A stretch of DNA of 64,000 nt from Gemmatimonadota bacterium (GTDB taxonomy: Bacteria > Gemmatimonadota > Gemmatimonadetes > Gemmatimonadales > GWC2-71-9), in the NCBI GenBank assembly GCA_036679605.1, contig JAZDCZ010000291.1:1-64000 (forward strand), in the 5' to 3' direction. Position 1 is the stretch's first letter. Each line of letters starts with the position of its first letter. The notes under the pieces are model-generated. The model did not search any database. It saw nothing but the letters and a program-made list of their open reading frames with translations, and was not told the DNA's origin. Shown here in pieces: positions 30,677-40,945 of this stretch. A program made the position numbers and the translations under genes.

Positions 30677-33327
30677 CCGAGATCACGTCCAAGCTCTCGA
30701 ACGCCCTCGCGGACCGCTACAAAATCGAACGCCACTTGGGTGAAGGCGGCATGGCGACTGTCTACCTCGCGGAGGACTTGAAACACGAGCGTAAGGTTGC
30801 GCTCAAGGTATTGAAGCCCGAACTGGCTGCCGTTCTAGGTGCCGAGCGCTTCGTGCAGGAGATCAAGACCACCGCCAATCTCCAACACCCGCACATTTTG
30901 CCGCTGTTTGACAGTGGGACGGCGGGAAGGCGGGAAGGCGGGACGGAGTTCCTCTACTATGTGATGCCGTTTATCGACGGCGAGACGCTGCGCGACAAAC
31001 TCAACCGCGAAACACAACTCGGTATCGAGGAAGCGGTCCGCATCACCTGTGATGTCGCCGACGCGCTGGACTATGCGCACCAGCAAGGGGTGATCCACCG
31101 CGACATCAAGCCGGAGAACGTCCTGCTTCACAATGGCCGTCCGATGGTAACGGACTTTGGGATCGCCTTAGCGGTGAGCGCTGCGGCCGGCGGACGGATG
31201 ACCGAAACCGGACTCTCGCTCGGCACGCCGCACTACATGAGCCCCGAGCAAGCAACCGCCGAGAAAGACCTCACTGCGCGGTCGGACATTTACTCCCTCG
31301 GCAGTGTGCTCTATGAGATGCTGACTGGAAGCCCACCGCACGTCGGTTCGTCAGCGCAACAGATCATCATGAAGATCGTCGCGGAGGATGTGCAGCCCGT
31401 CACAGAGTTGCGGAAGTCGGTGCCGCCCCATGTAGCCGCCGCCACGACCAAATCGTTGGAGAACTTAGCGGCGGATCGGTTCGAGAGTGCGGCGAAGTTC
31501 GCGGAGGCGTTGACCAACTCCGCCTTTGTGTTCAACAGTGTCACCAGGATGCAGGCGACGCGTCCGTCCTCGGCGGGAACACAGAACCGCACCGCCGTCG
31601 CGTTTGCTGCATTATCAGGCGTACTTGCGCTCCTGCTTGGGCTGACGGTGCTGGGACAACCCAATGCGAACGTTTCCGACGTTGGCGTTGCCCGGTTCCC
31701 GCTGGTCGGCAATCCGAATTTCCGAATCAACACTGGCAGCACACAACCGTTCGCCATCTCGAGCGACGGTGGGACGATCATATTCGCGGCGGATACCGGC
31801 AACGGCATGCATCTGTGGGTCAGAACGCTCGCCGATCCAACGCCTCGGATGCTCGAAGGGACGGACCGGGCGACCCAGCCGGCAATTTCGCCCGACGGCG
31901 AGTGGATCGCGTTTGTCGTCGACAATCACATCATTCGCAAGGCACGGCTCGACGGCGGCGGTGTGGAAGAGGTCGCATCGATTGACAATATCTCGGCGTC
32001 GGTCAGTTGGGCGTCGTCTGATGAGATTCTTTTCGAGTTGATCGGCATCCCCGACGGTATTCATCGCGTAAGCGCGTTCGGCGGCCGCCCTGAACTGTTG
32101 ATCCCATTGGATACCACGATAAGTGAGGTTCGCCACCGACGCCCCTTTGTCCTTCACCACGAGCGTCGCGTGCTCTACGCAAGTATGTTGGCCGACGGCT
32201 CGTGGAGTCTCGCGATTTTTTCTCTCGACGACGGCCGACGCACACGTCTCGGGATCGACGGGATTCAAGCGCTCGGGGTGCTCGATGGCCATCTCGTGTA
32301 TTCGCGCGACGACGGGGCGCTGATGGCCGTTCCGTTCGACGTTCGGGGCATGCGAACGCGTGGAGATCCCCGACAATTGCGCGATCGCGTTTTGAGCAGC
32401 CCCACAGGTACGGCCGTGATTCTGTCCACCAATGGCAACCTCGTGTATCGCGCCCCGGTGGCCCAGCCCATGCGACTCTTCTTGGTCGATAGCGCAGGAT
32501 CCCTGACGCAACTCGGCACGTGGGTTCGCCCATTCGACACGCCCCGTTTCTCCCCAGATGACCGTTATGCCGCCGTGACGATTGCCGACGAAGGCGACAC
32601 GCAAGACCTCTGGATCGTGGATCGCGCAACTGGGGAGGCCACGCAGCTCACGCGGGGGGCACAGGCGCACCTACAAGATTGGACGCCGGACGGCTCGAGC
32701 CTCATATACTCCGAGGGCCGGGTACTCTGGACCATTCGCATCGATGGCAGCGGCGGACCGCGCCGAATAACAGCAGTAGAAGGCACCATCAGGGGGGCCT
32801 CGATCATGCCCGACGGCGCCTCGATCATCGTATCCCACTCGGACATCGGGACGCTCACCGAAGAACTCGTTCGGGCGTCGCTACTGGACAGCTCCGTTAC
32901 GCCCATCGGTTCGGCGGGTCGCCTGCGACCCTTCTTTCCACGAGTTTCACCCGACGGGCGCTGGGTCGCATACCATGGTCGCAACGACCGGGAAGTACAC
33001 ATCAGTTCGATCGATAGTGCTGGACGAGTACAAGTGTCCGATGCGGGCGGGTACGCACCGATCGTGTGGGGACCTAACAGTGACCGGGTGTACTACCACA
33101 CCTCTGCTGGGATCACGGTCGCCGAGATACGTACCAACCCTCGACTCGCAGTCGTCAGGCGTCGTGAGCTGCATGGATTTCCATTCTTCAGCACGGTGCA
33201 CGACGTGACTGACGATGGCAGGACGTTCTTGGTGGTGGCACCCGTGGGTGGGGGAAACGAGGACATCCTCGTCGCACTCAACTGGGGATCGGAGGTCCTG
33301 GCGATGCTGCGTAACCAGAACGATTGA
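30673..33327 (+). CDS. Ser/Thr protein kinase - TM - PD40/TolB-like beta-propeller
   Basis: GEGGMATV, VALK, HRDIKPEN, DFG and GTPHYMSPEQ; SPDG repeats. TTG start overlaps the upstream TGA. Confidence 0.92.
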   Translation: MTEITSKLSNALADRYKIERHLGEGGMATVYLAEDLKHERKVALKVLKPELAAVLGAERFVQEIKTTANLQHPHILPLFDSGTAGRREGGTEFLYYVMPFIDGETLRDKLNRETQLGIEEAVRITCDVADALDYAHQQGVIHRDIKPENVLLHNGRPMVTDFGIALAVSAAAGGRMTETGLSLGTPHYMSPEQATAEKDLTARSDIYSLGSVLYEMLTGSPPHVGSSAQQIIMKIVAEDVQPVTELRKSVPPHVAAATTKSLENLAADRFESAAKFAEALTNSAFVFNSVTRMQATRPSSAGTQNRTAVAFAALSGVLALLLGLTVLGQPNANVSDVGVARFPLVGNPNFRINTGSTQPFAISSDGGTIIFAADTGNGMHLWVRTLADPTPRMLEGTDRATQPAISPDGEWIAFVVDNHIIRKARLDGGGVEEVASIDNISASVSWASSDEILFELIGIPDGIHRVSAFGGRPELLIPLDTTISEVRHRRPFVLHHERRVLYASMLADGSWSLAIFSLDDGRRTRLGIDGIQALGVLDGHLVYSRDDGALMAVPFDVRGMRTRGDPRQLRDRVLSSPTGTAVILSTNGNLVYRAPVAQPMRLFLVDSAGSLTQLGTWVRPFDTPRFSPDDRYAAVTIADEGDTQDLWIVDRATGEATQLTRGAQAHLQDWTPDGSSLIYSEGRVLWTIRIDGSGGPRRITAVEGTIRGASIMPDGASIIVSHSDIGTLTEELVRASLLDSSVTPIGSAGRLRPFFPRVSPDGRWVAYHGRNDREVHISSIDSAGRVQVSDAGGYAPIVWGPNSDRVYYHTSAGITVAEIRTNPRLAVVRRRELHGFPFFSTVHDVTDDGRTFLVVAPVGGGNEDILVALNWGSEVLAMLRNQND

Positions 33328-33438
33328 CGCTGTCAAGATCCGTGATCTAACGGGAACTTGGGCACATTCTTGGGCACATCGACCCGGCAAACACACGCAA
33401 CTAGACGTAGGCCCCGCGCACAGGGCTTGCTCGAATCC

Positions 33439-33467
33439 TCGCCAAACCCCGCATCGCACCCCATCTT
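33439..33467 (+). promoter_or_regulatory. Putative leaderless promoter, copy 2
   Basis: TCGCCA-N17-CATCTT, with ATG 6 nt downstream (33474). Confidence 0.6.
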
Positions 33468-33473
33468 AGCCCC

Positions 33474-33608
33474 ATGACCGAGATCACCTCCCGGCTCTCG
33501 ACCGCCCTCTCCGACCGCTACCAGATCGAGCGCCGTCTCGGCGAAGGCGGAATGGTGACCGCCAATCCGATTTGGGCTGCGGGGCACCGGTGGGTCGACC
33601 GGGAGTAG
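33474..33608 (+). pseudogene. Kinase 5' stub (44-aa ORF)
   Basis: MTEITSRLSTALSDRYQIERRLGEGGMVT followed by unrelated sequence; it stops 8 nt before the next ATG. Confidence 0.85.
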
Positions 33609-33616
33609 CTGTGAAC

Positions 33617-35176
33617 ATGCCATTGACCATTGCTTCCGCGATTGTCTTGACCGCCGTTCTGGTCAGCGGGTGCGGACGAGGAAACAACAACGCCGGCGAC
33701 GGCGGGTCCACGATCACCGTTCTCTACGAAGGCGACGACTTCCTTCTTGGTCCCGCGGGAGATGACAGCCCAAAGTTCCTCGTGTTCCTTCCGCTGGTGC
33801 GAGGCTATGGGTCCGAGGCCCAGCCAAGCCTCGCCGAGCGCTGGGAGCACTCTCTCGACTACACGACCTGGACCTATCACCTGCGCCGTGACATCCGCTG
33901 GCACGACGGCGCGCCGGTTACTGCGCACGACATCGCGTTCTGCATCCGACTCTTCGCTCACCCCGATGTCCTCTTTGCTCAGGGCCAGATTGTCGGGGCT
34001 GACGCCACGGCCCTGGACGACTACACGCTCCAGATCACGTGGCAGAACCCCACGGGTCCGGCGGGTGCACTGTCCGGCTGGACGGTCTATTATCCAAAGC
34101 ACCTCTTGGAAGGACTTGACCCACAGGATTTCTACACCTTGGATTTCTGGACCAGCCCAATTGGCAACGGACCGTATCGGTACGTTCGGCACGTCCCGCA
34201 GACGATGATCGAGTTGGAGGCGAATCCCGATTACTACGCAGGACCGCCGGCGATCGAGCGCGTCGTGCTCAAGCTGAGCACGGCGAACAAGGTCATCGAA
34301 CTCACGAGCGGGAACGCAGACGTTGCGTACTATGTCCGTCCCGTTGACATCCTCAAGCTCCGCGCCGAGCCCGAGTTCCGAGTCTATCATCTGTTCGCGT
34401 TTAGTGAACCCCAGGCGATTCACTGGAACCAGCGACACCCGTTGCTTGCCGACTCGCGCGTTCGTCAGGCCCTCTCTCATGCGATCGATCGGCGGGAGCT
34501 CTCACGCGTGAACAATCTTCCGGACGAGATGCCTTTGGTGGGTGGCTTGTCACCAGAGGATCGCAGCGATCGACTCTACCGAGAGGGCAAGCTCGACGCG
34601 GGTCCTTCGTACGATCCAACCGCTGCGAGGCAACTCCTCGATGAGGCGGGCTGGGTCGATCGCAACGGCGACGGCGTACGCGAGCGAAACGGAGTCGCGG
34701 CCCGGTTCACGATGATCGTTCAGCAGGGCCGCCTCAGCGCTGTGGAATCGGCGGTGTTCATCCAAGACCAGCTCCGGAGGGTGGGTGTCCGGATGGAGAT
34801 CCGGCCGGTGGACCGGAGCGTATGGCACAACGTCTATCGCGCGGCCGATTTTGACGCCACGATCGGGGACGTCCCCAACGTGCCCCAATGGCTCCTTGAT
34901 CGCGACTTCTTCGGTGAAGGAACCAGGATCGGATACCGCAATCCCGAGATCGTGCGGTTACTGGAGACACTGACCACCGAGTTCGATCCTACCGTTCAGG
35001 ACACCCTCTACGCTCAGATCAACGAGATGCTCCGCCGCGACATGCCCGTCACGTTTCTGTTCCCGTATGTCGAGTCCATTGTGGCACACCGCAGGATCCA
35101 AGGAATTCGCACGCCAGAAAGGGCGAACCTCCTGTCGTACATTGCGGACTTGTGGATCGAAGAGGACCGCCGCTAG
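33617..35176 (+). CDS. ABC transporter substrate-binding lipoprotein, family 5 (peptide/nickel)
   Basis: Lipobox VSGC; LAERWEHS, WHDGAPVTAHD, PIGNGPY and VRQALSHAIDR. Confidence 0.9.
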   Translation: MPLTIASAIVLTAVLVSGCGRGNNNAGDGGSTITVLYEGDDFLLGPAGDDSPKFLVFLPLVRGYGSEAQPSLAERWEHSLDYTTWTYHLRRDIRWHDGAPVTAHDIAFCIRLFAHPDVLFAQGQIVGADATALDDYTLQITWQNPTGPAGALSGWTVYYPKHLLEGLDPQDFYTLDFWTSPIGNGPYRYVRHVPQTMIELEANPDYYAGPPAIERVVLKLSTANKVIELTSGNADVAYYVRPVDILKLRAEPEFRVYHLFAFSEPQAIHWNQRHPLLADSRVRQALSHAIDRRELSRVNNLPDEMPLVGGLSPEDRSDRLYREGKLDAGPSYDPTAARQLLDEAGWVDRNGDGVRERNGVAARFTMIVQQGRLSAVESAVFIQDQLRRVGVRMEIRPVDRSVWHNVYRAADFDATIGDVPNVPQWLLDRDFFGEGTRIGYRNPEIVRLLETLTTEFDPTVQDTLYAQINEMLRRDMPVTFLFPYVESIVAHRRIQGIRTPERANLLSYIADLWIEEDRR

Positions 35177-35242
35177 TGGACAGCCCCACCTCGAGCCGCC
35201 TTAGCACAACTCAAGGACTCTCACCGAAACCGGCGTCCATAA

Positions 35243-35362
35243 ACTCTTAATCAGTAGGTTCGGGGTTCACACGCTTCCGCGTCCGCGCAAGCGTGTGCGC
35301 TCGCTTCGGGTCGGCCGCATCCGCGGCCTCGCTCAGTTCCGCGTCGAGTCCCTGGCGGGGTA
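35243..35362 (+). repeat. tRNA-Lys 3'-half copy (att-like) split in the T-loop by a 77-bp insert
   Basis: ACTCTTAATCAGTAGGTTCGGGGTTC and GAGTCCCTGGCGGGGTA are identical to the tRNA at 28636-28678. Confidence 0.92.
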
Positions 35363-35469
35363 TTCCGGTAAACACTTTCTCTTCAACAACTTCTCGTTTT
35401 CGACTGTCGCACTTCGGAGCAGCCGTTTGCCGTTTGAGACCCCAAGTGGGACCCCAAACTCCGCACACC

Positions 35470-35518
35470 TCGCACTTCCTCGCCGAAACTCACACCTTCT
35501 AGAGCGATGACGGACATG
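35470..35518 (+). promoter_or_regulatory. Putative leaderless promoter, copy 3, with a highly decayed kinase stub
   Basis: TCGCAC-N17-CACCTT; ATGACGGACATG at 35507 aligns with ATGACCGAAATC. Confidence 0.45.
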
Positions 35519-35760
35519 GTGAGACATAGCTGATACTCCCGTGTTATCGTGGCCCTTTCAACGGCCGCCACTCTTGCGAGCATGTGTACCGCGCTTCATA
35601 GTCAATCCTAATATTGGAGACATCTACGCCGGTGGTCCTGGGACCCCGCCGCCGTACTGACGCCGTGTAGGACGCCCCGTAGGACGCCCCGCTAGACGCC
35701 CGCCCGACGACGCGACCCCTCCCAGCCACCGGTGATCATCACGCCTGGAGGGTGGGAACT

Positions 35761-38712
35761 ATGATCCGCTTGTGTCGCGTCGCGCTCGGCCTTGTCCTCG
35801 CAGTGTCTGCACCGTCCGTCGCCACGGCGCAGAGCGACACCGACGGCTGGCGCACGATCGAGTTCGAGACGAGCCAGGTCACCGCGCCCGACATCGCGAT
35901 CACGCCCGACGGCCAGTCGCTGATCTTCACACTGCTCGGGCACCTGTTCCGCTTGCCCGTCGAGGGTGGTGAAGCCGAACAGCTCACCTGTGTTCTCGCA
36001 AGACGGCAGCCGGGTGGCATTCATCTCCGATCGGGACGGGAGCGAAGGCAACGTCTTTGTTCTGGAGCTAGCCGATGGGCAGATTGCGCAGGTCACGCAC
36101 GAAGTCTGGGCGGGCCGGCCCATCTGGTCTCCTGATGGCGAGGAGATTGTGTATCTGCGGTTCCTGCGTGACGTATCGGGGCGGTTCTTTGTACTCTCTG
36201 AAGTGCGCCGGGTTACCCTGCGCACAGGAGTGCTGGAAACCGTCAGTGCTACCGCGCGGGAGTTCGGCTCGGTCTTCTATCTGCCGGATGGCCGCTTAGC
36301 GTGGACCATCATCGAGCGCCAGGCTCAGATTGGATCTCCCCGTGCAACCACACGGATCGAGGTGGTGAATCTGCAGGGCGCGGTCTCCCCGCTGCGCACC
36401 GTTGAGGGCGTCGTGCACCGTGTCGTACCGAGTCCCACCGACGGTGGTCTCTATTATCGGCGCTATTTACAGTTGAGCGACCTATTGCTTCAACCGGAAG
36501 GTTTGCTGTTCGTGCCGCTCCCCGAGGGTGACGAGCGACAAATCGTATCCGTGTCGAGCTGGCACTTTTGGTGGTGGAGGCCGCGATTTTCGGTGGCCAG
36601 CGACAACAGGACTCTATATGTGGGCGACTCGGGGCGGCTGTGGAAGATTGCGCTGCCCAATGGTGCCCGCGAACCCATTGCATTTCGCGCCCGTGTTCAA
36701 CAGGACCTTCAAGACCCGGTGCGGCCACCTAGATGGGAGGCGACGGCACTTGGAGGCTCGGCGGCGCCGCGCACCGTCTTGCACCCCAGGCTCTCGCCGG
36801 ACGGCCGCAGGCTGATCTTTGGAGCGGCTGGCTTTCTCTGGGAGCAATCCCTCGGCTCCGGTCAGGGTGCACCATCGGGTGGCGGACAGGCGACGCGACT
36901 GTTTCAGGGGAATACGTTCGAGCAAGCCCCTGCTTTTTCGCCCGACGGACGGCAGTTGGCATTCGTTCGCAGCGAGGATGGCGAACGAGAAGTCAGAGTC
37001 TTCAACTTCGAAAACCGACAGGAGCGCACGCTGGCTTCTGGGCTGCGGTATGGGCAGCCAAGCTGGACTCGCGACGGGGAGCGGCTCGTCTTCACCGAGT
37101 TTGCATCCGGGAACGCTAGCCTAGTTGCCGTGGTAGCTGGTCGCGCCCGCACCTCTCTGCTGACGGGGAATCGCTTTACTACTCGGCCAACCTAACCGGC
37201 ACCAGGACCCTCTACCGCCTCCCGCTGAAGGGAACCGCCAATCCGCAGCCGATCACGCAACTGGCGCGCCACCTGAACGACGGTCTCGTCTCCCCGGATG
37301 GGAAATGGCTAGCCTTCCGGCGCAACAGTGAAATCTGGGTAGCGTCCCTTGGTACCGAGCCCGTCGATGAGACCGACATCCATCAGCTCAGCCCGGACGG
37401 GGGCGACAGTTTCGACTTTACCGCCGACGGCTCGGCGGTGATCTATTCCGCCGGTAACCGCGTGTGGCACCACCCACTTGGGGTCGGCGAGTCGGAGGAG
37501 ATACCCATCCGGCTGGAACTTCAGCCCCCCATGCCGCCCTCTGTGCTGGTGCGGCGGGTGCGCGTGCTCGATTTCGACGCGGGCGGCTTTGGTCCGGAAA
37601 CTTCTCTCTTCATCGAGCAGGGGCGCATCCGCTGGATTGGCCCTCAACGTGGACGACGGGTTCCACGCGAGACCGTCGTTGTCGACGGAGGTGGCCGATT
37701 TGCCATACCCGGTTTGTTCGACGCGCACGTGCACAACATCGGAAGTGATCAGGCTGCCTTTCTGGCGTATGGCATCACCTCGGTGCGCGACCCAGGCGGC
37801 GGACTTGCCCACTTGAACACGATGGCGGATCGAGGTGAAACCACCGGCGATCCCGGGCTACGCTACTTCTTCTCGGGTGACGTTTTCCACGGCGCCCAGC
37901 CGTTTTTCAGTGGGTTGCTCCAGATTGTCAACGAAGGCGAAGCTCGAACCCATGTGCGCCGCTGGAAGGAACAGGGCGCCCAGTTCATGAAGGTCTATAC
38001 CGACCTGCCCTGGCCGTTGCAGCGGGCGGTGGCGGAGGAAGCCCGACTGCTGGATCTGCCCGTAGCTGGGCACGGGATGAGTGTGGAAGAAATTACCAAG
38101 AGCGTGACCCTGGGATACGCTGTCTTGGAACATGTCAGTATGAACCATCGCCTCTACGACGACGTGCTCCAGATGCTGGCCGCCGCGGGCACGCGGTGGG
38201 ACCCGACGCTGGGGGTGCTGGGAGGCAATGACTTGTTGCTGCGGGAGGAACCCGAACGCCTTGCGGACGCGAAGTTGCGGGCATTCGCCTCGGCGCAGGC
38301 CCTGCGCGCCGCCCGGATCGGCTGGAACATCATAGGGACCAAAGTCTTGCGGGGGTATGTGTTCGAACAGCTCGCGGGAATCCGCGCCGCCCATCGGCGG
38401 GGCGTCAAACTCTTAGCGGGAACCGACGCTCAGCCAGGGAGTCTAGTCGGGTCGTCCCTCCACTGGGAGCTGGAACTCTTTGCCCAAGCCGGGCTGCCGC
38501 CACTGGACGTGCTCCGCATCGCCACCCAAGAGGCGGCAGCGGCCGTTGGCGCGGAGGACGACCTCGGCACACTCGAGGTCGGCAAGCTCGCCGACATCGT
38601 GCTGCTCGATGCGAATCCCTTAGAGGACATCAAAAACACGCAGACGATCTGGCGCGTGATCAAGGGTGGGTTCGTGTTCGATCCGGAGGAGTTACGACCG
38701 GAGCGGAACTAA
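35761..38712 (+). pseudogene. PD40/TolB-like propeller + amidohydrolase fusion, frameshifted at about 35990 and 37130
   Basis: Signal peptide and PD40 repeats run across three frames; C-terminal PGLFDAHVH, AGTD and GTLEVGKLADIVLL. Confidence 0.8.
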
Positions 38713-38880
38713 CCCGCGAGAATAGAACAGGCCCGGCAGGACTCATCGTGTTAGCGGGAAACCGCGGAGCCGGGCTTTGGCAAAACTCTTTCAATGCACA
38801 TTCATGCACACGAGAGGGTTTTCGAGGGGTGACAGACCAGGGTCGGATAGCGAAAAGCCCTGTCTGACGGGGGTTCTGGA

Positions 38881-38973
38881 GTGGCCAGGGGTGGAATTGG
38901 TTGCGAAGCAGACGCGAGTGGGGTTGTGGCGGGGGGAGGACGTCAACCACCGACACGAGGATTTTCAGTCCTC
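38881..38973 (-). repeat. tRNA-Phe(GAA) 3'-half fragment split in the T-loop by a 45-bp insert
   Basis: The minus strand reads GAGGA-CTGAAAA-TCCTC GTGTC GGTGG TT [45 nt] CAATT CCACC CCTGGCCA. Confidence 0.8.
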
Positions 38974-39148
38974 CTACGGGGTGGTACTGACAGGTACCAG
39001 TGTACACCAGTGACGCAGAAACGGGCTTTGCTGCACCTTCCTCGGGGTGCTTCAGTGTCTTTCCGCGACACCAGTGTACAGGGGTTGGCGCACATTCGAG
39101 ACGCACGGAAGAGTCGTCAATGGGACCTAGGACGCTGGATTTGATCGC

Positions 39149-39177
39149 TGGCCACCTGAGCGTCGGCGCTGCATCTT
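39149..39177 (+). promoter_or_regulatory. Putative leaderless promoter, copy 4
   Basis: TGGCCA-N17-CATCTT, with ATG 6 nt downstream (39184). Confidence 0.6.
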
Positions 39178-39183
39178 AGCCCC

Positions 39184-40824
39184 ATGACCGAGATCACGTC
39201 CAAGCTCTCGACCGCCCTCGCCGACCGCTACAAGATCGAACACCGAGTCGACGTGTCACTTTCGATGAGGCGGCTCATGGGATTGGCGGCGATTCCCTTG
39301 ATCGCCAGCCTATGCCTCGGGTGCTCGTCGGCTGCTGAAGATCCGGACCGCAGCTCGACGATGACCATCCTCGCGGATCACAGCGACAAGACCATCAATC
39401 GCTACCAGACGAAGTTCCTGCTGTGGCTTCCACTGGCAAGCGGCCCGGAGTGGGCAGACGAATTCGAAGCAAGGCGTCGGCTCGCCGAATCGTGGGAACA
39501 CTCTCCGGACTATCGCACCTGGACGTATCACCTACGGGACGACGTGCGGTGGCACGACGGCGTTCCTGTCACCGCGCACGATGTGGCGTTCAGTCTCGAT
39601 CTGTTCGGCCACCCCGATGTGCTGTTCGCTGCGGGCGGCGGCTTGGCGTCCTTGATCGATTCGATGTCCGTGCCCGACGACCACACGCTCACGCTGGCTT
39701 TGACGATGCCGGCCTACCTGGGCGGCATGGGTTGGACGGTCTACTTTCCTAGACATCTGCTCCAGGACCTCGACCCCGCCGATTTCTACGAGTGGGACTT
39801 CTGGACGCGGCCGGTCGGCAACGGCCCCTACCGCTTCGTGCGGCATGTTCCAAAAACGGTGCTCGAACTCGAGTCGAACCCGGACTTTTACGCCGGGGAG
39901 CCAGCGATCAAGCGGGTGTTGGTGAAGTTCAGCAGCGCGAACCCGGTCATCGAGCTGACGAGCGGCACCGTGGATGTCGCTTCCAATATTGGGCCGACCG
40001 CTGTGTACCGGTTCAGAGCCGATCCCCGGTTCGTGGTCTACCACCGGTACGACTGGTCCGAGCTGCAGCTCATTTACTGGAACCAGCGCCACCCGCTGTT
40101 CGCCGAGGCCGCAGTTCGATTGGCGCTGAGCCACGCGATCGATCGGCGCGGAATCGCGCAAGCGATGGACTTGCCTGATGAGATGCCATTGATTGGCGGA
40201 CTGTCGAACCAGGTTCTGGGAGACCATCCGTATACACGCAGAGGGTGGGATCAGGGTCCGGCCTACGATCCTGCGACGGCGAAACGGCTCCTGGATCAGG
40301 CGGGCTGGATCGACAGCGACGGGGACGGGATTCGCGAGAGGGATGGCCGGGAGGCGCGTTTCGCCCTGTTGGCCAGGCGCGGACGGTACCCCGCTGCCGA
40401 GGCACTGGCGCTACTCATTCAGGATCAGTTGCAGCGCGTGGGAGTCTCGACCGAGATCCGCTCGATGGCAGGTGGCCTCGCCCGGGACGCGATCCGCTCG
40501 GGCGACTTCGATGCGGCGATTAGCTGGTTAGTAGACCAAGATCCGCTTGATGTCCTCGAGGAATGGTTCGGCGAGCCCTTGCCCTTCGGATACTATGACG
40601 CGGAAGCCGCGCACCTGCTCGAGGCAATCGGCGCGGAGCCCGATCCCAACGCCCAGGATACTCTCTACTCTCGGATCAACGAGATTTTCCGCCGCGACAT
40701 GCCGGTCACGTTCCTCTTCCCCGGGCTCGAGAACAACGCTTCCCACCGCCGGATCCAGGGATTCCACCCGAACCTGTTTCTGCACTTTGCGGAGGAGCTT
40801 TGGATCGAGGAGGGGAACCACTGA
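39184..40824 (+). CDS. ABC substrate-binding lipoprotein, family 5, fused in frame to a kinase 5' stub (native ATG 39265)
   Basis: MTEITSKLSTALADRYKIE, then MRRLMGL...CLGC lipobox; paralog of 33617-35176. Confidence 0.9.
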   Translation: MTEITSKLSTALADRYKIEHRVDVSLSMRRLMGLAAIPLIASLCLGCSSAAEDPDRSSTMTILADHSDKTINRYQTKFLLWLPLASGPEWADEFEARRRLAESWEHSPDYRTWTYHLRDDVRWHDGVPVTAHDVAFSLDLFGHPDVLFAAGGGLASLIDSMSVPDDHTLTLALTMPAYLGGMGWTVYFPRHLLQDLDPADFYEWDFWTRPVGNGPYRFVRHVPKTVLELESNPDFYAGEPAIKRVLVKFSSANPVIELTSGTVDVASNIGPTAVYRFRADPRFVVYHRYDWSELQLIYWNQRHPLFAEAAVRLALSHAIDRRGIAQAMDLPDEMPLIGGLSNQVLGDHPYTRRGWDQGPAYDPATAKRLLDQAGWIDSDGDGIRERDGREARFALLARRGRYPAAEALALLIQDQLQRVGVSTEIRSMAGGLARDAIRSGDFDAAISWLVDQDPLDVLEEWFGEPLPFGYYDAEAAHLLEAIGAEPDPNAQDTLYSRINEIFRRDMPVTFLFPGLENNASHRRIQGFHPNLFLHFAEELWIEEGNH

Positions 40825-40910
40825 GCTGTTCGCGCCCGAACCGCCATGTCCAGGGTCGCCTAACGGACTCGACCACAGCCCGGACCCAAACCATCAGCTG
40901 CACAGCGAAG

Positions 40911-40939
40911 TGGCCACCTGAGCCTCGGCACTGCATCTT
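40911..40939 (+). promoter_or_regulatory. Putative leaderless promoter, copy 5
   Basis: TGGCCA-N17-CATCTT, with ATG 6 nt downstream (40946). Confidence 0.6.
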
Positions 40940-40945
40940 AGCCCC

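Larger units (their letters stand above)
28679..35362. mobile_element. Remnant tRNA-Lys-anchored island, no integrase inside
   Basis: Bounded by the intact tRNA-Lys and a direct copy of its 3' half that starts at the anticodon loop (35243-35362). Confidence 0.55.

Noticed and set aside
31615..34480. Long antisense ORFs (31615-32670 and 33518-34480; likewise 25658-26653 and 52154-53215)
   Set aside because: Shadow frames of well-supported GC-rich genes, with no recognisable motifs.
35243..35362. Functional intron-containing tRNA-Lys
   Set aside because: The 5' acceptor strand and D arm are absent, and the insert is far too short for a group I or II intron.
35980..37140. Programmed ribosomal frameshifting in the PD40-amidohydrolase
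   Set aside because: No slippery sequence, and residues appear to be missing at both breaks, which indicates deletion.
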